64,000 nt of DNA from an uncultured Thermoplasmata archaeon (GTDB lineage Archaea; Thermoplasmatota; Thermoplasmata; UBA10834). The translations under genes and the position numbers were made by a program. The notes below the pieces were generated by a model, which saw only the letters and a list, made by a program, of their open reading frames with translations, had not been told where the DNA came from and ran no database searches. The stretch is taken from contig CAZXWO010000005.1 in NCBI GenBank assembly GCA_964644565.1, positions 3,320 to 67,319 of the forward strand. Direction: 5' to 3'. The stretch's first letter is position 1. Each line of letters begins with the position of its first letter. Of this stretch, positions 1-9,856 are shown one piece after another.

Positions 1-46
1 CTTTCTCGAGCTGGACGGGGGAGTAGTTCTCGTCGACTTGGCGCAT
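1..46 (-). CDS. 5' end of an unidentified gene leaving the left edge (MRQVDENYSPVQLEK...)
   Basis: ATG at 46 (minus), open to position 1, G/C-rich third codon positions. A TTTAAAATA-type TATA box at 81-90 sits about 26 nt upstream of the expected TSS. Confidence 0.35.
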   Translation of the reverse strand, partial: MRQVDENYSPVQLEK

Positions 47-80
47 AGCGAATCGTCCTTTAGACCATATTGATGGGAGG

Positions 81-90
81 TATTTTAAAG
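81..90 (-). promoter_or_regulatory. TATA box (CTTTAAAATA on minus strand) for the left-edge gene
   Basis: AT-rich octamer in a GC-rich background. The start codon at 46 lies about 40 nt downstream. Confidence 0.4.
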
Positions 91-146
91 ATAGTGCGCT
101 GGGAATCGGCCTGCGTCGACATCCAGAGCATCCTGCGGCCGCCCCT

Positions 147-1166
147 TCAGGACCACTTGTCGAGCCTGAACTGCTCCTGCCGCTGGCCGGCCGGCCTCAG
201 CCTCGAGAGCACGGCGTCCACCCTGTCCACGGAGAAGCCGTGCACGTCGCACATGATCCTCCTCACCCCCTCCTCGTCGGGACGCCTCCAGTCGAGGCTG
301 TACTCCGTGACTGTCTCGGGCTCCAGGAAGATGCGCCGGACCTCCACGTACTCCTCGGGGACGGGGACCTTCCCCTCGGCGGACAGGCCCTCCAGGGACC
401 CCGCCCTCTTGACTGCGGCGAGGGCCCTCTTGGGCCCTATCCCCCTGACGCCGTCGTTGAAGTCGGTGCCTATGAGCACGGCCATGTCCACGAGCTGCTC
501 CCGGGTCACCCCCAGCGAGGACAGCACCTCTCCGAGGGACACCACCTCCGGCACGACCTCCTGGGTCTTCCCCGAGGGGAGCCTCCTCTTGCCCGCCAGG
601 GTCAGGTTCCTGACGAGGTTCGTGGTCCCGAAGAGGAGGGCGTCGTAGTCCTGGGACGCCCCCGCCCAGACGCGGCCGTCGGAGACCATCCTGCTCATCT
701 GGGCCTCCCCCTCCCCCGGCGCCACGAGCCACGGGACGCCGAGGGCGTCGAGGAGCGCCTCGGACTCCGTGACCATGTCGCGGTCCACCCTCGAGGTCCT
801 GGAGGCCATGGAGAGCGCCCTCTTCATGTCCCCTTCGGCGAGGGCCTTCTTCCACTCGCCCTCCGCCTCCATCTTCACGGCGCGCCGCGCCTCTATGGTC
901 TTGCTCTTGAGCTTCGGCGGCACGCCGTCGAACACGTACACGGGCATGATGCCCGTCTCGAGGAGGCTCGCCGTCCTGTAGAGGAGGCCGGAGAGGTGCG
1001 ACGTCACCCTGCCGTCCCTGTCCATGAGGGGGGTCCCGTCGGGCTGCCTTATGCTGGAGAGGAACTGGTAGAGTGTGTTGAAGGCGTCTATCGCCACCGA
1101 CCTCCCGGAGAGGTCGGCGAGGCTCACTGGCCTAGCCTTGACCAGGTCGGAGATGTCGACTCCCAT
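147..1166 (-). CDS. fen: Flap endonuclease 1 (FEN-1)
   Basis: MGVDISDLV...AIDAFNTLYQFLSSIRQPDGTPLMD..GRVTSHLSGLLYRT..GI.PVYVFDG is the canonical archaeal FEN1 N and I regions. The ORF track extends to 1193 (MREQALVVD-), but archaeal FEN1 normally starts at MGV, so 1166 is preferred. Confidence 0.93.
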   Translation of the reverse strand: MGVDISDLVKARPVSLADLSGRSVAIDAFNTLYQFLSSIRQPDGTPLMDRDGRVTSHLSGLLYRTASLLETGIMPVYVFDGVPPKLKSKTIEARRAVKMEAEGEWKKALAEGDMKRALSMASRTSRVDRDMVTESEALLDALGVPWLVAPGEGEAQMSRMVSDGRVWAGASQDYDALLFGTTNLVRNLTLAGKRRLPSGKTQEVVPEVVSLGEVLSSLGVTREQLVDMAVLIGTDFNDGVRGIGPKRALAAVKRAGSLEGLSAEGKVPVPEEYVEVRRIFLEPETVTEYSLDWRRPDEEGVRRIMCDVHGFSVDRVDAVLSRLRPAGQRQEQFRLDKWS

Positions 1167-1220
1167 GTCAACCACGAGCGCCTGCTCCCGCAAGCAACGC
1201 GGTCGGTGGTACTTAAAATC

Positions 1221-1409
1221 TCACGCTCTCGACGCGTCGTCGTTCGCCAGCGGGAGGTAGAGCACCGCGAAGGCGACCCCGAGCCAGAGGATCGTCATGA
1301 TCAGGAGGAACACGCTCGCGTCGAAGACTATCCCCAGCACCAGGAGAACTATCGGCACAACGAAGGTGAGGTAGGCGATTATCGGGTGTCCGGATATCCC
1401 TTCAGCCAT
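1221..1409 (-). CDS. Small membrane protein (2 predicted TM helices)
   Basis: 62 aa with two hydrophobic stretches (IIAYLTFVVPIVLLVLGIVF / VFLLIMTILWLGVAFAVLYL). Tightly packed between rpe and fen on the same strand. Confidence 0.5.
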   Translation of the reverse strand: MAEGISGHPIIAYLTFVVPIVLLVLGIVFDASVFLLIMTILWLGVAFAVLYLPLANDDASRA

Positions 1410-1442
1410 GTTCGGTCACGCTCCGTGAGGGCAAGTGCCCTA

Positions 1443-2111
1443 TTAATCCTTTGACCCTCCGCAGGCCCTCAGGCGTTCGATCGCCGCCCTCATGTCCTTC
1501 GCCTTGAACACGTAGGTCCCCGCGGCGAGTATGTCCGCCCCCGCCCTCGCGGCCTGCTCCCCCGTGACGTCTGTTATGCCGCCGTCTATCTCGACAGGGA
1601 CCGCGCTCCCCTGGGAGTCCATCTCGGCCTTCGCGGCGCCGATCTTCGGGAGCACCTCAGGCATGAAGGACTGGCCGCCCCAGCCGGGGTTGACGGACAT
1701 GACGAGCAGCATGTCTATGTCCCTCAGGTACGGGTACGCGCGCTCGATCGGGGTCGGCGGGTTCACGGCGAGCGCCGCCTTCCTGCCATGGTCCCGTATG
1801 GTCCTCAGCGTCGTCCTGAGGTCCTCCTGCTCGGCCTCGATGTGGACCTCGATCACGTCGGACCCCGCGTCGGAGAACGCCTTGACATGCCTTTCGGGGT
1901 GCGTGATCATCAGGTGCGCGAGGAACGGGAGCTTCGAGTAGGCCCTGACGCTCCTGACGATGCCGGGGCCCATGGTGATGTTGTTCACGAAGACGCCGTC
2001 CATGACGTCTATGTGCATGTAGTCGGAGCCAGCCTCGGTCGCCCTGGCGACCTCGCTCCCCAGCGCTGCGAAGTCCGCTGCTAGTATGGAAGGTGCCACC
2101 TTCGGCATCAC
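1443..2111 (-). CDS. rpe: Ribulose-phosphate 3-epimerase
   Basis: APSILAADFAALG...YMHIDVMDGVFVNNITMGP...VNPGWGGQSF..EIDGGI are Rpe family motifs. Confidence 0.92.
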   Translation of the reverse strand: MMPKVAPSILAADFAALGSEVARATEAGSDYMHIDVMDGVFVNNITMGPGIVRSVRAYSKLPFLAHLMITHPERHVKAFSDAGSDVIEVHIEAEQEDLRTTLRTIRDHGRKAALAVNPPTPIERAYPYLRDIDMLLVMSVNPGWGGQSFMPEVLPKIGAAKAEMDSQGSAVPVEIDGGITDVTGEQAARAGADILAAGTYVFKAKDMRAAIERLRACGGSKD

Positions 2112-2214
2112 GACGCCGATGACGTCCCCGCGTATTATGGCTTTTGGTCCGGGGCCGCCGCGGTCCCCATGCGCAGTGCGAGGGGTTTAATAGTGTCATC
2201 AGAATTCCTGGAGC

Positions 2215-2433
2215 ATGGTAGAGCCGAGACACGCCTCCGAGAAGAAGGACCGGTGCGACGTGGAGGGCTGCTCCGCAGAGGGCGCCAGGTCCGTACCCGG
2301 CAAGAAGGTCGAGAAGGCGGGGATGAAGATCTCGACGGACCCTGACAAGAACGCGCACCTGTGCAAGGAGCACTACAGGGAGTTCAAGAAGAAGACCAAG
2401 TCGGACAGGACCTACGACCGGCTCGGCTGGTGA
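2215..2433 (+). CDS. Small basic Cys/His-containing protein (hypothetical, zinc-knuckle-like)
   Basis: 72 aa, CDVEGC...HLCKEHYREFKKKTK. Coding-like codon usage and divergent from rpe. No family recognised. Confidence 0.5.
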   Translation: MVEPRHASEKKDRCDVEGCSAEGARSVPGKKVEKAGMKISTDPDKNAHLCKEHYREFKKKTKSDRTYDRLGW

Positions 2434-2445
2434 GCCCACAGGATT

Positions 2446-3615
2446 TTGACCGTCCCCCGAAAGCCGGATATATCCAAGGCCAGTTCGAGGGTCGTGAAGC
2501 CAGAGGCCATCCAGTTCCTGTCGAGCACGGGCGTCTACGGCCCAGCCGTCATAGTGCCCATCATACTCGCGGGGGAGCTGGGCGCCTCCGAGGCCATGAT
2601 AGGCATCATCGCGGGCCTCTTCGCGACCGCGGGGTTCCTCTCCAGCTACATCTTCGGGCGCGCGTCGGACGTCTACGGGCGCAGGCTCATACTGCTGGCG
2701 GGTCTCGGACTGACTGTGGCCGCGACCATCGCCCAGGGACTGTCGATAATGGTGGGCGGCCTGGGCGTGTTCGCGGCCGTGAGGGTCCTCATCGGTTTCG
2801 CCTCGGGCATGTTCCCCGCCGCCCTCCTCGCGTACGCGTACGACGCGAAGAGCAAGATGGGCAAGTTCAGCTCGTGGTCCGCGGCCGGATGGGGGGTGGG
2901 CAACCTCACGGTCGGGCTGTTCGGGGTGATGTACGAGGCCGCCTACTTCTACTGCGCTGCGGTCATGATGGCGTCGTTCGTCGTGGCCCTCACCCTCCGG
3001 TTCGGGAAGGAGGTCAGGATGGACGTCCCGCTCTTCCCGGTGGCGCTCATCAAGCGCAACGCCCCCGTCTACTCGGCTATGCTGATAAGGCACACGGGCG
3101 CCAGCATGATCTGGGTGACATACCCGCTGTTCCTGCAGAGCATAGGCGCGGACGTCTTCTGGGTCGGGGTGATCTACGCCGTGAACTCCCTCGGGCAGTT
3201 CGTCATAATGAACGTCCTCGACAGGTACGACCCCGCCCTCCTCGTGGCCGTGGGCCTCGGGAGCTCGGCCCTAACGTTCTTCACCTTCCTCCTCGCGGGC
3301 AACTACTGGCAGATAATACCGTCGCAGATCCTGCTTGCGGCCTCCTGGGCCTGCCTCTACGTCGGAAGCCTCAGGTACGTCATGGACAGGAACAAGGAGA
3401 AGGCGACCGTGTCCGGGATCCTCTCGAGCGTCCTCAACATCTCCGGGATAATCGGCCCCGTCCTGGGCGGGTTCGCCGCCCTGGCCATAGGCTTCAAGGG
3501 CACGATCGGGATCGCGTCGGTGATGGCCGCGGTGGCGTTCTTCATATTCCTCTACGAGCTGAGGTCCTCTGGAGAGTTTTATCGCCTGGGACGCCTTACT
3601 CGTCGGAGAGCATGA
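2446..3615 (+). CDS. MFS transporter
   Basis: 389 aa with about 12 hydrophobic segments and the MFS loop motif GRASDVYGRRLILL. TTG start in the track. Confidence 0.85.
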   Translation: MTVPRKPDISKASSRVVKPEAIQFLSSTGVYGPAVIVPIILAGELGASEAMIGIIAGLFATAGFLSSYIFGRASDVYGRRLILLAGLGLTVAATIAQGLSIMVGGLGVFAAVRVLIGFASGMFPAALLAYAYDAKSKMGKFSSWSAAGWGVGNLTVGLFGVMYEAAYFYCAAVMMASFVVALTLRFGKEVRMDVPLFPVALIKRNAPVYSAMLIRHTGASMIWVTYPLFLQSIGADVFWVGVIYAVNSLGQFVIMNVLDRYDPALLVAVGLGSSALTFFTFLLAGNYWQIIPSQILLAASWACLYVGSLRYVMDRNKEKATVSGILSSVLNISGIIGPVLGGFAALAIGFKGTIGIASVMAAVAFFIFLYELRSSGEFYRLGRLTRRRA

Positions 3616-4520
3616 GGCTGGTGTTCCTGGGCGTCGGGGGCACGTACCCCTCCAAGGCGAGGAACGTGACCGCCCTCGCCGTGCAGATGGGGCCCGACGT
3701 GGTCCTGTTCGACTGCGGGGAGTGCATCCAGAGGCAGCTGATGTGCTCCTCCGTCTCGTTCATGCGCATAAGCAGGATATTCATATCGCACCTGCACGCC
3801 GACCACTTCCTGGGGCTGCCGGGCCTCATACAGAGCATGAGCCTGAACGGCCGGGAGGATGAACTTGAGATATGCGGCCCCGCGGGGATATCGAAGACCG
3901 TCAGGGCCCTGATGAACCTGGGCTACTTCGAGAGCGGCTACAGGGTGAGGGCCAGGACCCTCTCCGCCGGCGACGTGGTGGACTGCGGGGGCTACAGCGT
4001 GAGGGCCGCCTCCGCTGACCACACGGTGCCCGCCCTCGCGTACGCCCTCGAGGAGGACGAGCGGCCCGGCAGGTTCAACCCCCGCAAGGCCAAGGCCCTG
4101 GGGGTGCCCGAGGGCCCGATGTTCGCCGCGCTGCAGAGGGGCCGCCCCGTCAGGGTGGGCAGGAGGACCGTGAAGCCGTCCCAGGTCATGGGTCCGCCGC
4201 GGCCCGGGAGGAGGGTCGTCTTCTCCGGCGACACCCGGAAGTGCAGGTCCGTCATAAGGCTCGCCAAGGGCGCCGACGCCCTGGTTCACGACTGCACGCT
4301 CGACTCGCGGTACTCGGAGCTGGCGGCCAGGTTCGGCCACTCCACGGCGAAGCAGGCCGCCGAGGTGGCGAAGGAGGCGGGGGTCCGGGCGCTCTTCTTG
4401 GTTCACCTCAGCCCGAGGTACGACGGGCCCGAGGTCCTCGTGAAAGAGGCCAGGAAGGTCTTCAGGCGCAGTTGGGTGCCGGAGGAGCTCTCAGGCCACG
4501 AGATAGCGTCTCGCGAATGA
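3612..4520 (+). CDS. rnz: Ribonuclease Z (tRNA 3' endonuclease)
   Basis: MRLVFLGVGG...ISHLHADHFLGLPGL (HxHxDH metallo-beta-lactamase motif)...FSGDTR...HDCT..HST. The ATGA overlap with the MFS stop at 3612-3615 implies coupling. Only the last 302 codons of track ORF 2361..4520 are real. Confidence 0.9.
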   Translation: MRLVFLGVGGTYPSKARNVTALAVQMGPDVVLFDCGECIQRQLMCSSVSFMRISRIFISHLHADHFLGLPGLIQSMSLNGREDELEICGPAGISKTVRALMNLGYFESGYRVRARTLSAGDVVDCGGYSVRAASADHTVPALAYALEEDERPGRFNPRKAKALGVPEGPMFAALQRGRPVRVGRRTVKPSQVMGPPRPGRRVVFSGDTRKCRSVIRLAKGADALVHDCTLDSRYSELAARFGHSTAKQAAEVAKEAGVRALFLVHLSPRYDGPEVLVKEARKVFRRSWVPEELSGHEIASRE

Positions 4521-4559
4521 ACCGAACCCGTTAAGCGGCCCCTAGACGATACGGGCGGC

Positions 4560-5228
4560 GTGTACCTGTCCACCTTCTCGATAGTAGCAAGGTCTGCCAA
4601 GGACGGTGAGTTCGGCGTCGCGTCGGCCACCGCGGCGCCGTGCGTCGGGGCGATGCTGCCCTATGCGGCCGCAGGGGTGGGCGCGATAGCCACCCAGGCC
4701 TGGGTCAACGTGAACCTCGGGCACCATGGCATACGATTGATGAGGTCGGGCCTCTCCGCCGGCACGGCGCTCGGGGCGCTTCTCTCCGAGGACGAGGGGA
4801 GGGAGAGGAGGCAGGTGATCGGCGTGGGCAGGGACTCCGTCTTCGGGTACACCGGGGGCGAGTGCACCGAGGCGAAGGGCCACGTCCTCGGGAAGGACTT
4901 CGCGGTGGCTGGGAACATCCTGGCCAGCCGTCACGTCCTGGACTCGATGGCCTCCGCGTTCAAGTCCTCCCGCGGCGAACTGGGGGAGAGGCTCCTGAGG
5001 GCCCTTGAGGCGGGCGACCGTGCCGGGGGGGACAGCCGGGGGAAGCTCTCCGCCGTCCTGCTTGTCGCCTCCCCGAAGCCGAAGCTCTGGAACGACCTCC
5101 GCGTGGACATGCACGCCTCGCCCGTGGAGGAGCTGAGGCGCATCTTCGACGCGGCCAGAGCTGAGCAGGAGGAACTGGGGGACGACGAGGACGGCGAGGT
5201 CCTGAAGGTGATGCCCTTCCTGGAATGA
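4560..5228 (+). CDS. DUF1028 family protein (Ntn-hydrolase-like)
   Basis: STFSIVARSAKDGEFGVASATAAPCVGAMLPYAAAGVGAIATQA..N resembles the DUF1028 N-terminal signature. GTG start. Confidence 0.75.
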   Translation: MYLSTFSIVARSAKDGEFGVASATAAPCVGAMLPYAAAGVGAIATQAWVNVNLGHHGIRLMRSGLSAGTALGALLSEDEGRERRQVIGVGRDSVFGYTGGECTEAKGHVLGKDFAVAGNILASRHVLDSMASAFKSSRGELGERLLRALEAGDRAGGDSRGKLSAVLLVASPKPKLWNDLRVDMHASPVEELRRIFDAARAEQEELGDDEDGEVLKVMPFLE

Positions 5229-5394
5229 CCTTGGGCCCACTCCGACGCCCGCAGGCTGTCGTTCCGTAAGCCATTTATAGCGATTCCGGGTTCTCAGGAG
5301 ACCCAGGGAAGAAGGGAAGCACTTCCGAACAGACCCTTCTCAGCCCTCGAACAGCGATAGACGACAACGGACTTAGTAAAGGGGGAACCTACGG

Positions 5395-6366
5395 ATGGCC
5401 TTACTCGAGGTCCAGGGTCTGAAGACCTACTTCAAGACGCAGGAAGGGACACTGAAGGCAGTCGACGGGATCGACTTCACGCTGGAGAAGGGCCAGGCGA
5501 TGGGCCTGGCAGGCGAGTCCGGCTGCGGGAAGACGACCGCCGCGCTCTCCATCATGAAGCTGCTGCCCGCCAACGGCTACATCGCCGGGGGCCGCATCAA
5601 CTTCATGGGCCAGGACATGGCGAGGGTCACGGGCGACAAGCTCAGGGCCATCAGGTGGAGGGACATATCGATCATATTCCAGGGCGCGATGAACGCGCTG
5701 AACCCCGTCAAGAGGGTCGGCGACCAGATCATCGAGCCGATACTCCTCCACGAGAAGGTGGACGAGCAGGTCGCCATGAAGAGGGCGAAGGAACTGTTCG
5801 AGCTGGTCGGCATCAACCCGAACAGGATAAGGGAGTACCCGCACGAGTTCAGCGGGGGCATGAGGCAGAGGGTCATGATCGCCATGGCGCTCGCGTGCAA
5901 GCCCCGGCTCGTCATCGCGGATGAGCCCACGACCGCCCTCGACGTGATGATACAGGCCCAGATCATATCGCTCATGAAGAACCTCCAGAAGGACCTGGAG
6001 CTCGCCATGATAGTCATATCGCACGACCTGTCCGTGCTCGCGGAGACGTGCGAGCAGCTGGCCATAATGTACGCGGGCAAGATAGTCGAGAGGGCCAACG
6101 CGCAGGCGGTCTTCCAGGACCCGCAGCACCCCTACACGAAGGGGCTGATCGCGGCGTTCCCCAACATCCACGGCCAGAAGATCATGCCGGCGTCCATCGC
6201 GGGCAACCCTCCGAACCTGATAAGGGCCCCGGTGGGCTGCAGGTTCGCGGAGAGGTGCTTCATGGCCAAGGACATCTGCCTCAAGCAGGAGCCGAAGCTC
6301 GTCGAGGTCAAGCCCGGGCACTGGGCGGCGTGCCACTTCGTCCCGCCCATGACGGGGGTGGCCTGA
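5395..6366 (+). CDS. oppD: Oligopeptide/dipeptide ABC transporter ATP-binding protein (OppD/DppD type)
   Basis: Walker A GESGCGKT, signature FSGGMRQRVMIA, Walker B LVIADEPTTALD, C-terminal oligopeptide-type extension (HPYTKGL...CRFAERC). Confidence 0.92.
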   Translation: MALLEVQGLKTYFKTQEGTLKAVDGIDFTLEKGQAMGLAGESGCGKTTAALSIMKLLPANGYIAGGRINFMGQDMARVTGDKLRAIRWRDISIIFQGAMNALNPVKRVGDQIIEPILLHEKVDEQVAMKRAKELFELVGINPNRIREYPHEFSGGMRQRVMIAMALACKPRLVIADEPTTALDVMIQAQIISLMKNLQKDLELAMIVISHDLSVLAETCEQLAIMYAGKIVERANAQAVFQDPQHPYTKGLIAAFPNIHGQKIMPASIAGNPPNLIRAPVGCRFAERCFMAKDICLKQEPKLVEVKPGHWAACHFVPPMTGVA

Positions 6367-6367
6367 T

Positions 6368-7489
6368 ATGGCGAAGGACATCCTGACGGTGAAGGACCTG
6401 CAGGTCTGGTTCCCCATGAGGACGGGGTTCATCCAGAGCCTGGTGTCGAAGGAGCAGAGGTGGGTCAAGGCGGTCGACGGCGTGTCGTTCAACATCAGGG
6501 ACCGCGAGATCTTCTGCCTGGTGGGCGAGTCCGGCTGCGGCAAGACGACCACGGGCAAGGCGATACTCAGGCTCGTCGAGCCGACGGGCGGGTCCGTCAA
6601 GTACTACGGCGAGGGCAGGAAGCAGCTCATGGAGGAGATGCTCTCCGAGGCCGTCGCGAAGGGCAAGGTCACGAAGGACAAGGCCGACAAGATGATGGCC
6701 GAGGGCGGGCTGGACGTGCGCGGCCTCCACAAGCAGCGCATGAAGAAGCTCAGGCAGAAGATGCAGATCATCTTCCAGGACCCCTACGAGTCGCTCAACC
6801 CGAAGCAGTCCATATACGACATCATAGCCGAGCCGCTCGTCGTCAACAACCTCGGCAAGAACGAGGCGGAGAGGGAGAAGCGCGTGGTGAAGGCCCTGGA
6901 CGACGCCGGCCTGAGGCCCCCGAAGGACTTCATGTGGAGGTATCCGCACGAGGTCTCCGGAGGCCAGAGGCAGAGGGTCGGCATCGCGGGCGCGCTGGTC
7001 CTGGACCCCGAGTTCCTCGTCGCAGACGAGCCCGTGTCCATGCTCGACGTTTCGATCAGGTCCGAGATCCTCAAGCTCATGCTGGACCTCAGGGACCAGA
7101 AGGGGCTCGCGTTCCTCTTCATCACGCACGACCTTGGCGTCGCGTACGTGTTCAGCGACCGGATAGGCATCATGTACCTGGGCAAGATCGTGGAGCTGGG
7201 GCCGACCGAGGAAGTGGTCAAGCACCCGAGGCACCCGTACACGAAGGCCCTCATATCCGTCGTGCCGACGCCGGACCCCGAGATGAGGCGCGAGAAGATC
7301 ATCCTGAAGGGCGAGAGGCCCGACCCCTCCAACATACCGCCGGGCTGCAGGTTCCACCCGAGGTGCCCGTTCGTGATGGACATATGCCGGAAGGAGCCGC
7401 CGCGGCCCGTGTTCGTCTCCGAGGGGCACTGGGTGTCGTGCCACCTCGAGAGGGGTGACCCGGTCCCGTCAGAGGCGAAGTCGAGTTGA
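6368..7489 (+). CDS. oppF: Oligopeptide/dipeptide ABC transporter ATP-binding protein (OppF/DppF type) with a helical insertion
   Basis: GESGCGKTT, VSGGQRQRVGIA, LVADEPVSMLD, HPYTKAL...CRFHPRC. An extra K/E-rich segment of about 45 aa precedes IIFQDPYESLNP. Confidence 0.9.
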   Translation: MAKDILTVKDLQVWFPMRTGFIQSLVSKEQRWVKAVDGVSFNIRDREIFCLVGESGCGKTTTGKAILRLVEPTGGSVKYYGEGRKQLMEEMLSEAVAKGKVTKDKADKMMAEGGLDVRGLHKQRMKKLRQKMQIIFQDPYESLNPKQSIYDIIAEPLVVNNLGKNEAEREKRVVKALDDAGLRPPKDFMWRYPHEVSGGQRQRVGIAGALVLDPEFLVADEPVSMLDVSIRSEILKLMLDLRDQKGLAFLFITHDLGVAYVFSDRIGIMYLGKIVELGPTEEVVKHPRHPYTKALISVVPTPDPEMRREKIILKGERPDPSNIPPGCRFHPRCPFVMDICRKEPPRPVFVSEGHWVSCHLERGDPVPSEAKSS

Positions 7490-8577
7490 ACGGGCGGCCG
7501 CGGGCGAGGGAGGCCGGCCTGCGCTTCGGCGCGGGCACGACCGGACCCAGGAACTCCATAGCGGACGTTCCAGGGGTGAGGGTCGGACATTGTACCATCA
7601 GCAGGGGCTCCGGCCCCCTCGAGGAGGGGAAGGGGCCCGTCCGCACCGGCGTGACGGCCGTCATCCCCCACGGCGGGAACCTCTACAGGAGGCCTGTCAA
7701 GGGCGCGTACTTCGACCTCAACGGCTGCGGCGGACTCATTGGGGCCCTTCAGGTCCGCGAGTTCGGCGTCATAGACACCCCGATAATGCTGACCAACACC
7801 ATGTCGATGGGGGCCGTGGCGGACGCGACCGTCAGGTACGTGCTGGGCCAGAACCCCGAGGCCGCGCTCTCCGAGGACTCCGTCATACCCATCGTGTCGG
7901 AGTGCGACGACAGCTACCTCAACGACGCGCGCGGCCTTCACGTGCGCGAGGCGCATGTGAAGGAGGCCCTGGAGAGGGCGTCCCAGGACGTGAGGGAGGG
8001 GGCCGTCGGCGCCGGGACCGGCATGTCGTGCTACGACTTCAAAGGGGGCATAGGCACCTCGTCGAGGCTCGTCGAGGCCCCGGGCGGCACATACGCCCTC
8101 GGCGTCCTCGTCCTGTCCAACCACGGGTGCCGCGAGGAGCTCCTGATCGAGGGGGTCCCTGTCGGGAGGATGCTCGACGCCCCCAACCCGAAGCGGGCCG
8201 AGCAGGGCTCGATAGTCATCGTCGTGGGGACGGACGCCCCGGTGGACGCGAGGCAGCTCGGGCGGCTCGCCAGGAGGTCCTGGCTGGGGCTCGGGCTGAC
8301 GGGCTCCTGCTCGCACAACGGCAGCGGGGACATATCGGTCGCCTTCTCCGTCGCCAACGTCCAGGACCGCTCCGTCAAGGGCGTCCTCATGACCGACACC
8401 CTGATGGCTGACAGGGACATGGACGGCCTCTTCAGGGCGACGGTGGACTGCACTTCGGAGGCGATCATAGACTCGCTGTTCAAGGCGGAGACGACCGAGG
8501 GCAGGGACGGGCATGTCGTGCCAGGCCTCCCCATAGACGAGACCCTGGGGATACTCAGGCGCCACGGCCGGCTCTGA
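7486..8577 (+). CDS. Peptidase family S58 (DmpA-type L-aminopeptidase/D-esterase)
   Basis: GPRNSIADVPGVRVGHCTI...RTGVTAV...GAGTGMSCYDFKGGIGTSSR is typical of the DmpA/BapA family. TTG start overlaps the oppF stop (TTGA). Confidence 0.8.
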   Translation: MNGRPRAREAGLRFGAGTTGPRNSIADVPGVRVGHCTISRGSGPLEEGKGPVRTGVTAVIPHGGNLYRRPVKGAYFDLNGCGGLIGALQVREFGVIDTPIMLTNTMSMGAVADATVRYVLGQNPEAALSEDSVIPIVSECDDSYLNDARGLHVREAHVKEALERASQDVREGAVGAGTGMSCYDFKGGIGTSSRLVEAPGGTYALGVLVLSNHGCREELLIEGVPVGRMLDAPNPKRAEQGSIVIVVGTDAPVDARQLGRLARRSWLGLGLTGSCSHNGSGDISVAFSVANVQDRSVKGVLMTDTLMADRDMDGLFRATVDCTSEAIIDSLFKAETTEGRDGHVVPGLPIDETLGILRRHGRL

Positions 8578-8632
8578 CTGAGATAGGTTTTTCATCGGAT
8601 ACGCTCATTGCCGCAGGGCTCAGAGGTGACAG

Positions 8633-9853
8633 ATGGCTAAGAAGAGGTCGCGGTCCGGGGCGAAGGACCCGATGGACAAGGTCCGACGGGCGGTCACCAG
8701 GGTCGAGCTGGAAGGCCTGGTCAAGTCCCTCGTGAAGATACCCAGCCATAGCCAGGTGCCGACCCGGGAGAAGGAGGTCGCCGAGTTCCTGAAGGGTTTC
8801 CTCGTCGACGAGGGGATCGACGCGAGGCTGAGGCAGGTCGAGAAGGACCGCCCCAACGTCATCGCGGTGCTGAAGGGCTCGGGGAAGGGCAAGAGCCTGA
8901 TGCTGAATGGCCACACGGACACGGTCCCGCCCTACGAGATGGACATACCCCCGTTCACCCCCAAGGTGGCCGGCGGGAAGCTGTACGGCAGGGGCTCCCT
9001 CGACATGAAGGGCGGGCTCGCGTCGATGGCCATGACCCTGGTGGCCCTCGACAGGGCCAAGGTGCCCCTGGCCGGTGACCTGTACCTCGCGGCGGTCGTC
9101 GGCGAGGAGGAGAGGAGCGAGGGGACCGAGGACATAGTCCTGAAGGGCCCCAAGGCCGACATGGCGATAGTGGGCGAGCCGACGGACCTCGAGATACAGC
9201 CCTCTCAGAGGGGGCTCGAGTGGTTCGACATACACTTCTACGGCAAGGCGGCGCACGGGGGGCAGGCCCACATGGGCGTCAACGCCATCTCGATGGCGTC
9301 CCGGTTCGTGAACCTGCTCGAGACGGACCTCCTCCCGAGGCTCAGGGCAAAGGGGGGAAGGAAGACCCTGCCCCCCACGCTCAACGTCGGCGTCATCAGG
9401 GGAGGGCAGCAGCCCAGCTCGGTCGCGGACCACTGCCTTGTGAAGATCGACCGCAGGTGGACCCCAGAGGAGGACCTCCAGACGGTCTTCCAGGAGATCT
9501 ACGACCTCTTCGACGTGCTCAAGAAGGCGGACCCGCACTTCAGGGCCGAGCTCAAGAGGGACCACACCAACATGAAGACGATGACCCACGTCCCGAACTA
9601 CGTCCCGGGCGACCACAGGCTGGTGCAGTCCCTGAAGGAGTCCGTCGCCTCGGTGACGGGCGGGCCGGCCAAGGTGACCTCATTCTGGGGCTGGACCGAC
9701 GCGTCGCTCATGACCCACTTCGGGAAGACCCCCACGGTGGTGTTCGGGCCCGGGGGCGCGGGGGCCCACTCGAGGACCGAGTACGTCCTCACCGAGGACC
9801 TCCAGAAGTGCATGCTGGTCTACTCCAGGACCGCGATGGACGTGTGCGGCTGA
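8633..9853 (+). CDS. M20 family metallopeptidase (ArgE/DapE/ACY1 type deacylase)
   Basis: LMLNGHTDTVPP...GRGSLDMKGGLA...VGEEE.SEG..., the M20 metal-binding pattern. Confidence 0.85.
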   Translation: MAKKRSRSGAKDPMDKVRRAVTRVELEGLVKSLVKIPSHSQVPTREKEVAEFLKGFLVDEGIDARLRQVEKDRPNVIAVLKGSGKGKSLMLNGHTDTVPPYEMDIPPFTPKVAGGKLYGRGSLDMKGGLASMAMTLVALDRAKVPLAGDLYLAAVVGEEERSEGTEDIVLKGPKADMAIVGEPTDLEIQPSQRGLEWFDIHFYGKAAHGGQAHMGVNAISMASRFVNLLETDLLPRLRAKGGRKTLPPTLNVGVIRGGQQPSSVADHCLVKIDRRWTPEEDLQTVFQEIYDLFDVLKKADPHFRAELKRDHTNMKTMTHVPNYVPGDHRLVQSLKESVASVTGGPAKVTSFWGWTDASLMTHFGKTPTVVFGPGGAGAHSRTEYVLTEDLQKCMLVYSRTAMDVCG

Positions 9854-9856
9854 GGC

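Noticed and set aside
1657-3093. 478-aa minus-strand ORF. The same artefact class includes 6784..8595 (603 aa), 35647..37557 (636 aa), 5401..6600, 8555..9616, 41485..42825 and 49122..50159.
   Set aside because: All overlap well-supported genes on the other strand or frame, and all translate to R/G/P/H/E-rich low-complexity sequence. They are GC-driven open frames.
2361-4520. 719-aa plus-strand ORF suggesting a large fusion protein.
   Set aside because: Only the last 302 codons (RNase Z, from ATG 3612) are real. The upstream part runs out of frame through the MFS transporter gene and is Arg/Gly-rich junk. The same logic applies to 10730..12442 (only DapF from 11582) and 15952..17886 (only HMGCS from 16968).
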